Under the pieces are notes generated by a model that was given only the letters and a program-made list of their open reading frames with translations, did no database searches and had not been told where the DNA came from. The position numbers and the translations under genes were made by a program. A stretch of 48,036 bases of DNA, the filler included, from an uncultured virus (IMG/VR IMGVR_UViG_2061766007_001949) (taxonomy: Duplodnaviria; Heunggongvirae; Uroviricota; Caudoviricetes). It is 4 parts of one record of this genome, joined end to end, with 100 filler letters (N's around TTAATTAATTAA, not from the genome) between each part and the next. Parts side by side here need not be neighbours in the genome. Positions count along the whole stretch, not along the records: positions 6,605 to 32,764 come from IMGVR_UViG_2061766007_001949; 3 more parts are not named here. One strand, written 5' to 3'. Below are positions 9,312-19,194 of the stretch, one piece after another. How positions within the stretch are numbered: position 1 is the stretch's first letter; each line of letters begins with the position of its first letter.

Positions 9312-11704
9312 TGCAGCACACCACGCAGTATGTTCTCCCAGCGCTGGAGCTTAGCCGTATCGTCAAACCAGTATTCGCTCAGCATCGGGAGAATATCGTA
9401 GTTCACGATGGAATCCAGCCACTCGTCCGTACACGTGTCCTGCCCGCAGAAATAGCTGTGGCCGATGCAGAAGCCCTTGCCGAGCGACTTGTCAGCAGCA
9501 ATTTCTTTGTTCAGGTCTTTCACTCTTTCAACCAGTGCATTCAGCGTTTCGTTGTTCAGACTGGCCTGATATTGTCTGAAGCCTTCGGAATCAAAACCGG
9601 GCTCCATATCGAAGAAGCTGAATCGCCGACGGAGTGCGTAGTCAATCATGGCAAGGCTGCGGTCAGCAGTGTTCATCATGCCAATGATATACAGGTTTTT
9701 CGGCACCGAGAAAGGAAGCCCGTTGTAGGCAAGCGTGGCCTTGGTACCACGATAGTCCCTCTCAATAAGCATCAGGAGTTCGCCGAATATTTTGCTCATA
9801 TTGCCACGATTGATTTCATCGATGATAAAGAAGAAGTCCTTATCCGGCTGGTTAGCGGCCCGCTGGCAAAAGCGATAGAAGATACCGTTGCGTAGTTCAA
9901 AGCCATCCTCGACCGGCTTGTAGCCCATCACAAAGTCCTCATAAGAATAATTCTGATGGAACTGGACAAACTCGACCCTGCTCTCGTCTATTTCGCCCAT
10001 CATCGACCAAGCCAGACGCTTTGCCGCGAAGGTCTTTCCTACACCCGGAGCTCCTTGGAGAATAATGTTTTTCTTGTTTCTGAGGACGGCCTGTATCTTG
10101 GTATAATCGGCGCTTGTCATATAGACTTCTCTCAAGAAATCCTCGCTCGTATACGGGTCGTTTGCTGCCTCCTGCTGCACAGGATTCTCATCACGGATGA
10201 TATCCATAATGAAATCATACTCGCCTCTGGTGAGCTTGAATAGACTGCCCTGGGGATTCTGGAAGAATTCCATCCGCTCCAGCTCAGGGCATTCCCGCAA
10301 CGTCTGATAATCAATGGGGGACGCGAGTCCTTCCACCTTTTCAAAGTAGAGCTTCTCACCATCCTGCTCAGCTGTCACCCGCGCTATTGCCACAATTTTC
10401 AGAACCGGTGTCGCCTCGTACCCGATAATCATATCACCGGCCTTCGCATCAAGGAAGTTCTGAAAAATCCGGCGCTTATTTCCGTTTTCATTGTACAGAG
10501 AGTAGGACATTACCTCGCCTACCGGCGTATCGGAAAAACTCCAGATTTTCGGCTTGGCGGTCAGCCACCAACAATGGAACCCGTCCGTTCCCTCATCATC
10601 GCTCTTGGCATAAAGGGAAACCTCAGAAAGGTCAACCTGCCGTAGTGCTGATTCCAGCTCATCGCGCAGCTTCCAGATATAAGAGCCTTCTTCGTCCTTG
10701 CCAGCATCTTTGCCGACATAGAGGATAGTCCACCAGCGAGGGTCGCCTGTATCACGCTGCATGACCGGACAGCCGGTTCTCTCCGCAACACGTCTGGCCA
10801 GCGCAACGGAACCGCTGTTGTAGAAATTCTTGGTTTCGCCATACTTTACGGAAAGCTGTGTGCAGGTGGCCTTGCCTCCATAATCCAGCATTCGCTTCAT
10901 GATTTCGAGACTGCTTGGGATGAAAACCTCAGCATCATTGAGGAGTGCAATCCACTCCTCTGTGCTGATGGCCGGGGAATAGTCTGTCGGCCACCACTCA
11001 TCCGCGGCAGGCTCATCATTGCGTTTGCTGTAATACCGGCTGATGTAGAACCCTACGTCGATTGTCAGCGTCCGCATCTCCGGGTCGGAATAACAGGTGC
11101 TGTCGACCTGAGCAGCCAGCATATTCCGAAGCTCATCATCCTTCTGGAGCTCGGCGCAGATTTCGTTGTAGAGCGCATAGAAGTTATGGATGTTGTCTGC
11201 GTAGGCACCTTTTTTGAAACGATAGTCACTTTCCAATTCGCTGGCGACCACTTTCACCTCGCTCAGCTTGAAAATGTAATACTTGTCGGGATAACGAAGC
11301 CACAGGTAGGTGCTGATAGAGTTTTCGTTCTGATAGTGCTGGGCAGCACCATTCCCGTACCGTTCCAACAAAATAGACGATTTCAACTTGAAGCTGTTGA
11401 TACGCTCATAGACATCTTTGCTCTCATCAAAGAGCTCGATGTACATGGCGCGAACTTCCTCTGGCACAATTTCAGCGAATTTCTGAATCATGCGGGCCGG
11501 GAAGTTATTCACACTCGCCAGCAGGTTGGCGGTGGCAGACAGGGACTTCTTGAGCATTTCGGCAAAGTCTGTAGCGTTTACATCCCAATTGAGCTGGAAG
11601 CACTTCACAGCCTGCCACTTATACTTTTCGTTGGGCCACAGCTTCTGCGCAAAGTCACGCTTGTAGCTGACCAGCGCCTCTTTCAATCTGAATTCATCAA
11701 ACAT
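9308..11704 (-). CDS. mcrB: McrB-family AAA+ GTPase with extended N-terminus including an EVE-like domain
   Basis: GAPGVGKT, VQFHQNYSYEDF, IIDEINRG and MNTADRS motifs. EVE/PUA-like segment WWLTAKPKIWSF...AKAGDMIIGYEATPVLKIVAIARV. Confidence 0.92.
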   Translation of the reverse strand: MFDEFRLKEALVSYKRDFAQKLWPNEKYKWQAVKCFQLNWDVNATDFAEMLKKSLSATANLLASVNNFPARMIQKFAEIVPEEVRAMYIELFDESKDVYERINSFKLKSSILLERYGNGAAQHYQNENSISTYLWLRYPDKYYIFKLSEVKVVASELESDYRFKKGAYADNIHNFYALYNEICAELQKDDELRNMLAAQVDSTCYSDPEMRTLTIDVGFYISRYYSKRNDEPAADEWWPTDYSPAISTEEWIALLNDAEVFIPSSLEIMKRMLDYGGKATCTQLSVKYGETKNFYNSGSVALARRVAERTGCPVMQRDTGDPRWWTILYVGKDAGKDEEGSYIWKLRDELESALRQVDLSEVSLYAKSDDEGTDGFHCWWLTAKPKIWSFSDTPVGEVMSYSLYNENGNKRRIFQNFLDAKAGDMIIGYEATPVLKIVAIARVTAEQDGEKLYFEKVEGLASPIDYQTLRECPELERMEFFQNPQGSLFKLTRGEYDFIMDIIRDENPVQQEAANDPYTSEDFLREVYMTSADYTKIQAVLRNKKNIILQGAPGVGKTFAAKRLAWSMMGEIDESRVEFVQFHQNYSYEDFVMGYKPVEDGFELRNGIFYRFCQRAANQPDKDFFFIIDEINRGNMSKIFGELLMLIERDYRGTKATLAYNGLPFSVPKNLYIIGMMNTADRSLAMIDYALRRRFSFFDMEPGFDSEGFRQYQASLNNETLNALVERVKDLNKEIAADKSLGKGFCIGHSYFCGQDTCTDEWLDSIVNYDILPMLSEYWFDDTAKLQRWENILRGVLQ

Positions 11705-11719
11705 GCTCTGTCACCTCCA

Positions 11720-14689
11720 TCAATCTGCGCTGCGCAGGCTCTTGTAAATCTCGTCCGCAAAGATACCCAACACCTGACGCTTCATCTCGTCATTAGACAG
11801 AAGCAGGGAGAAAAAGTCCTGATTCTGGGAGAGTCCTTCAATCAACGCGTCGTCGATATCATCGAAATAAGAGAACTCGAAGTCCTGCTGGGTGTTGTTT
11901 TTGGCACTGGTCTTCAGCTTTTCGGACTTCATGAGGATGTCCCGAATCTGCAGCATCGCCTTAACCACGACATCGTTATCATAGGATTTCCCGGTGCGGC
12001 TGTTGATTTCATCTATGATTTCCGACAGCCGTTTTTCCTTATCCTCGGTCAGGCCGAAGTGTTCAGCGGTCGGGAGCTTCATCACCGGGCTCGCCACGAG
12101 ATTAGGTGCGGTGTGTTCTTCAATCTTTTTCTGTACAAAGTTGGAGGCTTTGATTTTGCCGTCCAGATTGAAGCCACCACCCGGATGCTTGATATTGATG
12201 TATGACAACAGATAAGCGATGAAGTTGTATTTCTTATGCAGGTCGGTATCCTCAAAACTGGAGACCTGGAGCAGGAATTCATAGTAACGCACGAAGCTAC
12301 GCATCACGGAAACGCACTCGCGCTGGTCGTTGAATTCGTAGTGCTCCAGCAGTTTTTTGCTCTTCTGCAGGAAGAATGTCAACCGCTGCTTCTGCTTGCC
12401 TGTGACCTTCTCGGTGTACAGGATATCGTTTGCCGCTTCAATATCAGCTGGGTCAAGAATCGCATAGGCATCTATCCGGGCCTCCAAATCGTAAACGGCG
12501 CTGGGCGTCACGGAATTGGCCAGCAGCGTGGTGGTGTAGTACGGTGCAAAAGCGCTCTTAATATCCTCGTAGGTGTTTACGAAATCCAGCACGAAGGTTT
12601 TCTTGTCATAGGGAGCGCAGATGCGATTGAGCCGGGACAGCGTCTGGACGGCATTCACGCCTTTGAGCTTCTTCAGCACATACATGGCGCAGAGCTTGGG
12701 CTGGTCGAAACCGGTCTGGTATTTGTTGGCCACCAGCAGCACCTGATAGGCGTCGGTATCAAATTCCTTCGGAAGCCGGTCTTCCGGGAAGCCATTCAAG
12801 CCCGCTTCGGTATATTCCGTCTCATCGTCCGGCAGTTTGACCTTGCCGGAGAACGCCACCAGTGCGTGGATGCCCTCGTATCCCTTCTTAGCGACATACT
12901 CCTCGAACGCCTTGCAGTATTTCACGGCGCTCTGGCGAGACGGTGTGATGACCATTGCCTTGGCCTGACCGCCGAGCTCGTGCATGACCGTGGTGCGGAA
13001 ATGCTCTACGATGACCTCAACGCGCTGGGCAATGTTCGTCTCATGGAGCTCCACAAAGCGGGCAATCTGCCGCTTGGCATCATTGGTCTTGCAACGCGGG
13101 TCATCTTCGATTTCCTTGTTGATTTGGAAGAAGGTCGCGTATTCGGTGTAGTTCTGGAGAACGTCCAGAATGAAACCTTCCTCAATGGCCTGTTTCATGG
13201 AATAGACATGGAAAGCCTCCCGCTGCCCGTGGGGATTCAGGCGACCGAAAAGCTGGATGGTGGTTGGCTTCGGCGTAGCGGTGAAAGCGAACATGGAGAC
13301 GTTTGCCTGTTTGCCGTTCCGCTTGATTTCACTGGAAATCATATCTTCCACATCGGCCTCGGCCTCCTCGCCGGAGCCCAGCGCCATCGTGACAGCGGCC
13401 ATATCCTTGCCTGCAGTTGAGGAATGGGCTTCGTCGATGATGACGGCGAAATGCTTCTCCTTCAGGCCCTTTACGCTATCCACGATAAAGGGGAACTTCT
13501 GGATGGTGGTGGCGATGATTTTTGTATTGCCGTTCAGAGCAATCGCAAGGTCAGCGGAATTGCACTTGTCATCCATTACGCGGATAAGGCCAGCCTTGTG
13601 CTCCATGCCCATGATGGCCTTCTGGAGCTGCCGGTCTACAACAACACGGTCGGTGACGATGACCACGTTGTCAAAGATGATTTTGTTGTCAGCATCGTGG
13701 AGACTCGTCAGGCGGTGCGCCAGCCAAGCGATGGTGTTCGTCTTACCGGAACCTGCGCTGTGCTGTATCAGATAGTTCTGCGCCGTGCGGTTCTCCCGGA
13801 CATCTGCCAGTAGCTTCCGAATCGCATCCAGCTGGTGGTAGCGCGGGAAAATCAGGCTCTCGCTACGCTTCACCTTCCCGGTGGCCTCATCAACCTTCTC
13901 GTTGACCGCCACAAAGATGAAACGGCTGATGAGGTCGAGAATGGTATCCTTGGTCAGAATGTCCTCCCACATGTAAGAGACGCTGTACTTGTCCTCAAAG
14001 GCAGGATTGCCTGCTCCGGCAGTGACCCCGTGTCCGCTGCCCATGTTGAAGGGCAGGAAGAAGGTCGCATCACCGTCCAGCCGCGTGGTCATATAGACCT
14101 CTTCCAAGTCCATCGCAAAGTTTACGAGGGTACCGGCCTTGAACAGGAACAGGCGCGTCTTCGGGCTCCGTTCGGTGCGGAACTGGTAGATAGCGTCCTG
14201 ATAGGACTGACCAGCAGTGTTGCACTTGAGCTCGAAAGCGATAATGGCAAGGCCATTCAGGAAAATGACTACGTCAATGCGCTCTTTGTCACTGGCCCAG
14301 ACCTCCTCCATCACGGAGAAAATGTTCTGACTGTACTTCTTGGTCAGCTCCGGATTGAAGGTGGTCGCGGGCTTGGTATACATGAGCTCCAGCTTCCGGT
14401 TGGAGATTTCAATGCCGTGCTTCAGCACCTCGATGAGGCTGCCACGGGCTTTGGTGGTCTCCGTATTGATGAAGCTGACGATGGTGTCCTCCAGGTCGGC
14501 CTTATAGATTTTCCGCAGGTACTCCATCGTGTCCAACTGTGTGGCGTTCAGGAACTGGAAGAGCATCTCCCGGTCAACGGCAAACAGGCGGTCGTAATTG
14601 CTGGCCTTGCGAATGACGAAACCGTTGTCCTGCTCCAGCCGCTTCAGAAGGAACTTTTGATAATCTTTTTCAGAGAGAATGTTCGTCAT
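11720..14689 (-). CDS. hsdR: Type I restriction endonuclease subunit R
   Basis: IDVVIFLNGLAIIAFELK nuclease motif; HSAGSGKT; IIDEAH; FTATPK; QTGFDQP; QTLSRLNR. Confidence 0.96.
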   Translation of the reverse strand: MTNILSEKDYQKFLLKRLEQDNGFVIRKASNYDRLFAVDREMLFQFLNATQLDTMEYLRKIYKADLEDTIVSFINTETTKARGSLIEVLKHGIEISNRKLELMYTKPATTFNPELTKKYSQNIFSVMEEVWASDKERIDVVIFLNGLAIIAFELKCNTAGQSYQDAIYQFRTERSPKTRLFLFKAGTLVNFAMDLEEVYMTTRLDGDATFFLPFNMGSGHGVTAGAGNPAFEDKYSVSYMWEDILTKDTILDLISRFIFVAVNEKVDEATGKVKRSESLIFPRYHQLDAIRKLLADVRENRTAQNYLIQHSAGSGKTNTIAWLAHRLTSLHDADNKIIFDNVVIVTDRVVVDRQLQKAIMGMEHKAGLIRVMDDKCNSADLAIALNGNTKIIATTIQKFPFIVDSVKGLKEKHFAVIIDEAHSSTAGKDMAAVTMALGSGEEAEADVEDMISSEIKRNGKQANVSMFAFTATPKPTTIQLFGRLNPHGQREAFHVYSMKQAIEEGFILDVLQNYTEYATFFQINKEIEDDPRCKTNDAKRQIARFVELHETNIAQRVEVIVEHFRTTVMHELGGQAKAMVITPSRQSAVKYCKAFEEYVAKKGYEGIHALVAFSGKVKLPDDETEYTEAGLNGFPEDRLPKEFDTDAYQVLLVANKYQTGFDQPKLCAMYVLKKLKGVNAVQTLSRLNRICAPYDKKTFVLDFVNTYEDIKSAFAPYYTTTLLANSVTPSAVYDLEARIDAYAILDPADIEAANDILYTEKVTGKQKQRLTFFLQKSKKLLEHYEFNDQRECVSVMRSFVRYYEFLLQVSSFEDTDLHKKYNFIAYLLSYINIKHPGGGFNLDGKIKASNFVQKKIEEHTAPNLVASPVMKLPTAEHFGLTEDKEKRLSEIIDEINSRTGKSYDNDVVVKAMLQIRDILMKSEKLKTSAKNNTQQDFEFSYFDDIDDALIEGLSQNQDFFSLLLSNDEMKRQVLGIFADEIYKSLRSAD

Positions 14690-15084
14690 TTCTTCCGTTC
14701 CTCCTCGTGGCGCTTTCGTACAGCAGCAACTGCTTTTGGATTATAATGCACATGGCGAACCAAGTGATACCCATCCTCATCAGCGTAAAGCACACGCTGC
14801 GGCTGATTATTGTTCGACACCTGAATTTCAACCCATCTGCGCTCTGGATACTGTGAGGAGCCGAATGTGAAGATGACTGCTCCATTTTTCTCAAGCACAT
14901 CTAAGGCCGCATTGTACTCATCCCGCGAAATGGTATAATCCACGCCAAACAGATTTGCAAAAGCCGTTGTCGCATGAGCCAAGCTGTCGAACTCTGCATC
15001 TTTTGATTTCGCTAATTTGAAGTCAGCCTCCGCAACAAACAAGGTAGCGCCCCAGAACTCAGATTCTATGAATTCAACCTTCAT
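14686..15084 (-). CDS. Hypothetical protein (132 aa) between hsdS and hsdR
   Basis: ORF with ATGA overlaps to both neighbours. No recognisable motif. Confidence 0.7.
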   Translation of the reverse strand: MKVEFIESEFWGATLFVAEADFKLAKSKDAEFDSLAHATTAFANLFGVDYTISRDEYNAALDVLEKNGAVIFTFGSSQYPERRWVEIQVSNNNQPQRVLYADEDGYHLVRHVHYNPKAVAAVRKRHEEERKK

Positions 15085-16346
15085 GCGATGGGCACCTCCT
15101 TCTTGCCGGTGACGTACTCGAAGATAAGTGACTTCTTATATTCGTCGATAACTGCAAGTTGCTTTTTCTTATCTTCAATAATGGCGTCTATTTCGGCACA
15201 TTTTGCATCCAACTCAGACACAATGGCGTCTTGTTCTTCGAGAGGCGGCTCCATAACCATCAATCGAGAGAACTCGGAAAAGTTCAATCCTTGCCGCACA
15301 CCATTACCCATGTTGTAAAACACTTTCATTACATCGAAAGCATGGAGAAGATAATGGAAATAGGCTACATTGATACGCTTGAGAGCCTTCATTGCAATGT
15401 AAGCGGTCGTGATGATTCCATGCTCTTTTGACAGTCCAGTCCTTAAACTACGCTTGTCATTCTGCAAATCAGTGGGCCTAATAATGATGTCTCCAGCCTC
15501 GATAATGTTATATGTGTTAAAGCTCTCCGGGAGCAAGCCGTCACTTGTATTGATATCCTTCTGTATAATTCTCCCATAACTTAACGAAAGAAGATTTGTC
15601 TCCAGGCCAAGGACATTCTTGTTCTTGCGTTCGCCGAAATAATAGTACAGAGGATGCTGCTTCCAGTGTGCCGGTATTAGCCCCACATACTCTATACCAC
15701 TGTCTTTCATTTCTATATCGGGATTTAGACCCCTAACCACGGTTTCAATGATGGTGGAACGTCTATATTGTTCTAACATATCAATCTGAGATTGAATGTC
15801 AGTAGCGATTGAGTTAATTGCTGTGCACTTGCGATAAAGAAATTTACCTATGCGGATTTGTTCCTGAATTGGTGGCAGGATAACCAAGCTATTCAGAAAC
15901 CACAGTGCATATAGGTTTCTCTGGATAGTTCCTACGCCACGAGAGGAAGTTTCATATTGTTGTACCATGCTTCCGTCTCGCAAGAGGAAATTCATATAAG
16001 TACTGTCACATTCACCAGTCAATTCATAAACAAAGTAAGCAGGGCTGATGATGCCATCATATTTTGATACACCTACAGACCCGCGCCATGCCTGCTGATT
16101 GTTGAGGACAAAATCTCCAACATGAACATTTTGATAATTCGACAAGTCAGCACTGGGCTTATGAACCTGCATTCCCGACGAATCGTTGTAGGATATTACC
16201 CCTCTATCTAAATAGACAGAAAGCAGTTCTCTATCGCCACTGTTTTTCTCGCTCCGCAATTTCAGAATCGTTTTCAGGCGCTGCACTTTCCAATCAGCAG
16301 GAATATCACCTATACTATCTATTCCACTGTATTTCATTTTGCGCAT
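15081..16346 (-). CDS. hsdS: Type I specificity subunit S
   Basis: Duplicated conserved regions MKYSGIDSIGDIPADW / MKDSGIEYVGLIPAHW and LPPIQEQ / EPPLEEQ flanking two TRDs; ends SLIFEYVTGK. Confidence 0.95.
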   Translation of the reverse strand: MRKMKYSGIDSIGDIPADWKVQRLKTILKLRSEKNSGDRELLSVYLDRGVISYNDSSGMQVHKPSADLSNYQNVHVGDFVLNNQQAWRGSVGVSKYDGIISPAYFVYELTGECDSTYMNFLLRDGSMVQQYETSSRGVGTIQRNLYALWFLNSLVILPPIQEQIRIGKFLYRKCTAINSIATDIQSQIDMLEQYRRSTIIETVVRGLNPDIEMKDSGIEYVGLIPAHWKQHPLYYYFGERKNKNVLGLETNLLSLSYGRIIQKDINTSDGLLPESFNTYNIIEAGDIIIRPTDLQNDKRSLRTGLSKEHGIITTAYIAMKALKRINVAYFHYLLHAFDVMKVFYNMGNGVRQGLNFSEFSRLMVMEPPLEEQDAIVSELDAKCAEIDAIIEDKKKQLAVIDEYKKSLIFEYVTGKKEVPIA

Positions 16347-16358
16347 GATATCACCACC

Positions 16359-18479
16359 TTACTCGAACAGCTTGGACACCCGTTCAGAAACGGAGCGCTC
16401 CAACTCCATAAACTTAGTTTCCAGCTCTTCACTGGGAGCGGGCTGCTGGTACTTATAAAAGTGTCGCGTAAAGGGGATTTCAGCACCAGTCTTGATGACG
16501 GGCTTCTTTGCCCCAAGGTTCTCTTCAAAAAATGCCTTTGCATCCGGGACGTGAGGAAATACCTCGCGGGCCATATAGGTGTCGATACTCTCCTTGAAGG
16601 GTACAATTTCGGTATCTTTTGTCTCCTTGTCATAAAGGATGTTACCCTTTCGGTCACGCTGAATCTCTGCCTTCTTATCCATTACAGAGAGGCCGTCTGC
16701 AATCTTCTCCATGAGTTTTTTGTCCGCCAGCGGCTTCGGTTCCTCTCCGACAGGGACAGGCAAACCGCTCCCCAGCACCTGTGCCAGCACCGGCATAAAC
16801 GCAGCGGGAGAATAATAGACCGTATCACTCACCGCATCCTGCAGCGCAGCGACAATCGCATCGAAAACCGGTTTGTTGTTCTGGAACGCCTCCAGCTTTT
16901 TCAAATCCTTTCCGGTCAGTTCTTCCGCGTTCTCCAACTCGTCCACCTTGGCGGCATCGTAGAGGCCGGACAAGGAGCCCTTGGAGAGCATAGCCTCAAT
17001 CCTCTCCGGTGTGATGGCATAGCTCCGCTGGAGCGGCTGCATCACAACATACTCCCGGTACAGGAATTCCTCGTTCCGATAGATTTTGCAGAATTCACCC
17101 GGCTCAAAATCCGCATACAGCTTGGTGATGGCAGAGCGGTCTTCCGGGCTGATTTCGTTTTTCTTGTCGCCCAGCGCCTTGCGCAGCTTATGGAAGAAGG
17201 ATGACGCATCAATCAACTGCACTTTGCCCTTACGCTCCGGGCGTTTGTTCTTTGAGAATACCCAGATGTAGGTGGCAATGCCCGTGTTGTAAAACAGGTC
17301 AATCGGCAGCGCGATGATGGCTTCAATCAGGTCATTCTCCAGCATCCACCGCCGAATCTGACTCTCGCCAGAGGCTGTACCTCCATTTACCATCGGACTG
17401 CCATTCTCGATGATGGCTGCGCGACCGAAATTATCGTCCATCTTATCGATGGCGGATTGCAGGAAAAGCATCTGCATATCGCCCGTACCCGGAAGACCGG
17501 CTTTCCAGCGGCTTTCCACTTTTTTGTGTTCCGCATTGACGGCGGCCTCTACGCCTTCGGGCGCGTCCTTGCCACCCCAAGCCGTGCCAAAGGGCGGATT
17601 CATTATCACGAAGCGCATCTTGGTGCCCTTAAACCGGTCAGCCAGCATGGTATCCTGGAAGCAGATGTTCTCCGCGTTCTGGCCCTTAATCATCATCTCC
17701 GCAAGGCAGATAGCGTAGGACTCCGGATTGATTTCCTGTCCGAAGAGCCGCACGTCGGCGGTGGGATTATACCGCTTGATAAAATTGTAGGAAGTGGATA
17801 GCATACCACCCGTTCCACAGGCTTGGTCGAGTACGGTGATAACCTTCCCGTCATCGAAGATGTCATCACAGCCTTCGGCCAGCAGGATATTCACCATGAG
17901 CTTGATGATGTCGCGGCCCGTGTAGTGGTCGCCAGCTTCAGCATTTTCAGAGAACTTCCGGATGAGCTCCTCGAAAATGTACCCCATCTTCACGTTGTCG
18001 ATGGTGCGCGGGTCGAGGTCAAGCTCCGAGAACGCCTTGACCACGCTGAGCAAGCGATTGTTCTTGTCCATCTTGTCAATCTGCTTGTCGAAGTCGAGGC
18101 TGCGGATAATATCCTGAATATTGGCAGAGAAGCCTTGTATGTAGGCTTTGAAATTCGCGGCCAGATGCTCAGAATCGTTCACCAGCTCTGCAAGGTCAAA
18201 GCCGCTGGTGTTATAGAACTGGTAGCCGGACACCCGGTACATGGCCTTTGCGGGATAATTCGGATTGGCGGCGAAGGTCTCCAGCACCTTTTTCTTGGTC
18301 GGGGCCAGCGCACACTCGAAGCGCCGGATAATAACCATCGGGATGATGACATCCTTGTATTTGTCGCTCTGGTAGGTGCCGCGCAGCTTGTTCGCAATCG
18401 ACCAGATGAAGTTTACCTCTGTGGAAACGTCAATGGGCGAGTCATCCCACATGGCGTCTATCGTCAGTTTCTCTGCCAT
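16359..18479 (-). CDS. hsdM: Type I N6-adenine methyltransferase subunit M
   Basis: FIWSIANKLRG; AGDHYTGRD; motif I DQACGTGGML; motif IV NPPF; LFYNTGIATY. Confidence 0.96.
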   Translation of the reverse strand: MAEKLTIDAMWDDSPIDVSTEVNFIWSIANKLRGTYQSDKYKDVIIPMVIIRRFECALAPTKKKVLETFAANPNYPAKAMYRVSGYQFYNTSGFDLAELVNDSEHLAANFKAYIQGFSANIQDIIRSLDFDKQIDKMDKNNRLLSVVKAFSELDLDPRTIDNVKMGYIFEELIRKFSENAEAGDHYTGRDIIKLMVNILLAEGCDDIFDDGKVITVLDQACGTGGMLSTSYNFIKRYNPTADVRLFGQEINPESYAICLAEMMIKGQNAENICFQDTMLADRFKGTKMRFVIMNPPFGTAWGGKDAPEGVEAAVNAEHKKVESRWKAGLPGTGDMQMLFLQSAIDKMDDNFGRAAIIENGSPMVNGGTASGESQIRRWMLENDLIEAIIALPIDLFYNTGIATYIWVFSKNKRPERKGKVQLIDASSFFHKLRKALGDKKNEISPEDRSAITKLYADFEPGEFCKIYRNEEFLYREYVVMQPLQRSYAITPERIEAMLSKGSLSGLYDAAKVDELENAEELTGKDLKKLEAFQNNKPVFDAIVAALQDAVSDTVYYSPAAFMPVLAQVLGSGLPVPVGEEPKPLADKKLMEKIADGLSVMDKKAEIQRDRKGNILYDKETKDTEIVPFKESIDTYMAREVFPHVPDAKAFFEENLGAKKPVIKTGAEIPFTRHFYKYQQPAPSEELETKFMELERSVSERVSKLFE

Positions 18480-18560
18480 ATATTTTTTCCTCCATTCAAC
18501 GGGATGGTGTCATCCCAGCTTACCTCTATTGTAAAACTTTATGTGTCCAATAAAATGGAC

Positions 18561-19181
18561 TTACTCCGGTTCTGTCTCATAGTGGTCGGTAAATACTGGA
18601 GTCCCTACGTAATCGTCCGGATGAAGTGTTCTATACAAGTCACGCAATTTATACCGTAGTTTCTCTGTTTCTGGTCGTAATACCTCGCGCACCCAGCACC
18701 CGGCTTCCCACGAATCGTTAATAGGAACAAGACAATTTTCGCTGGGATAGTCTGGAATTACTCTCATGTGGTCTGCTCCCAAGTATCCTGTAAGCTCGTT
18801 TAGAACGCTTATAGTTTCAAGCACGGCGCTCCTTAACTGAGGCTGGCGGAACTTTAGAGACATCACATCCCATTTTTCGTGATATGGGATTGTAATCATA
18901 TCCAACAAGTTGATGTTAATGCCAGGGCAACTAAAGTCCGTTTTAATGCACTCAATGATGACAGCATCATAGTCATTTAGAAACTCATCCAATAGCTTTG
19001 CTTCAGCGGGAGTAATTTCTACATCGCCCCAGCGCACGAGATGACAAGCCTGTTCATCCTGCGGTGAGGGAGCGGCAATAGTGATGTTAATATTCTCTGC
19101 ATGGGCAACCGCTATGTTCCGGTCACCATTTTGAGTTATAACAGCTCTCGCTTCTTTTGGCAGCAGATTCTCGTTATCCAT
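18561..19181 (-). CDS. Hypothetical protein (206 aa) with N-terminal Q/N-rich shared motif
   Basis: ATG at 19181 with GGAGG RBS. Contains ITQNGDRNIAVAHAENINITI near the N-terminus. DNA looks more AT-rich than its neighbours. Confidence 0.8.
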   Translation of the reverse strand: MDNENLLPKEARAVITQNGDRNIAVAHAENINITIAAPSPQDEQACHLVRWGDVEITPAEAKLLDEFLNDYDAVIIECIKTDFSCPGININLLDMITIPYHEKWDVMSLKFRQPQLRSAVLETISVLNELTGYLGADHMRVIPDYPSENCLVPINDSWEAGCWVREVLRPETEKLRYKLRDLYRTLHPDDYVGTPVFTDHYETEPE

Positions 19182-19194
19182 AATTGCCTCCAGG

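Noticed and set aside
11186..14746. Long plus-strand ORFs opposite hsdR/mcrB (and similar antisense ORFs elsewhere)
   Set aside because: Shadow ORFs of GC-rich coding sequence with no recognisable motifs.
14790..14835. EIQVSNNNQ in the 132-aa ORF as a fourth copy of the shared motif
   Set aside because: It lacks the QxGxxN register and terminal position, so it is probably coincidental.
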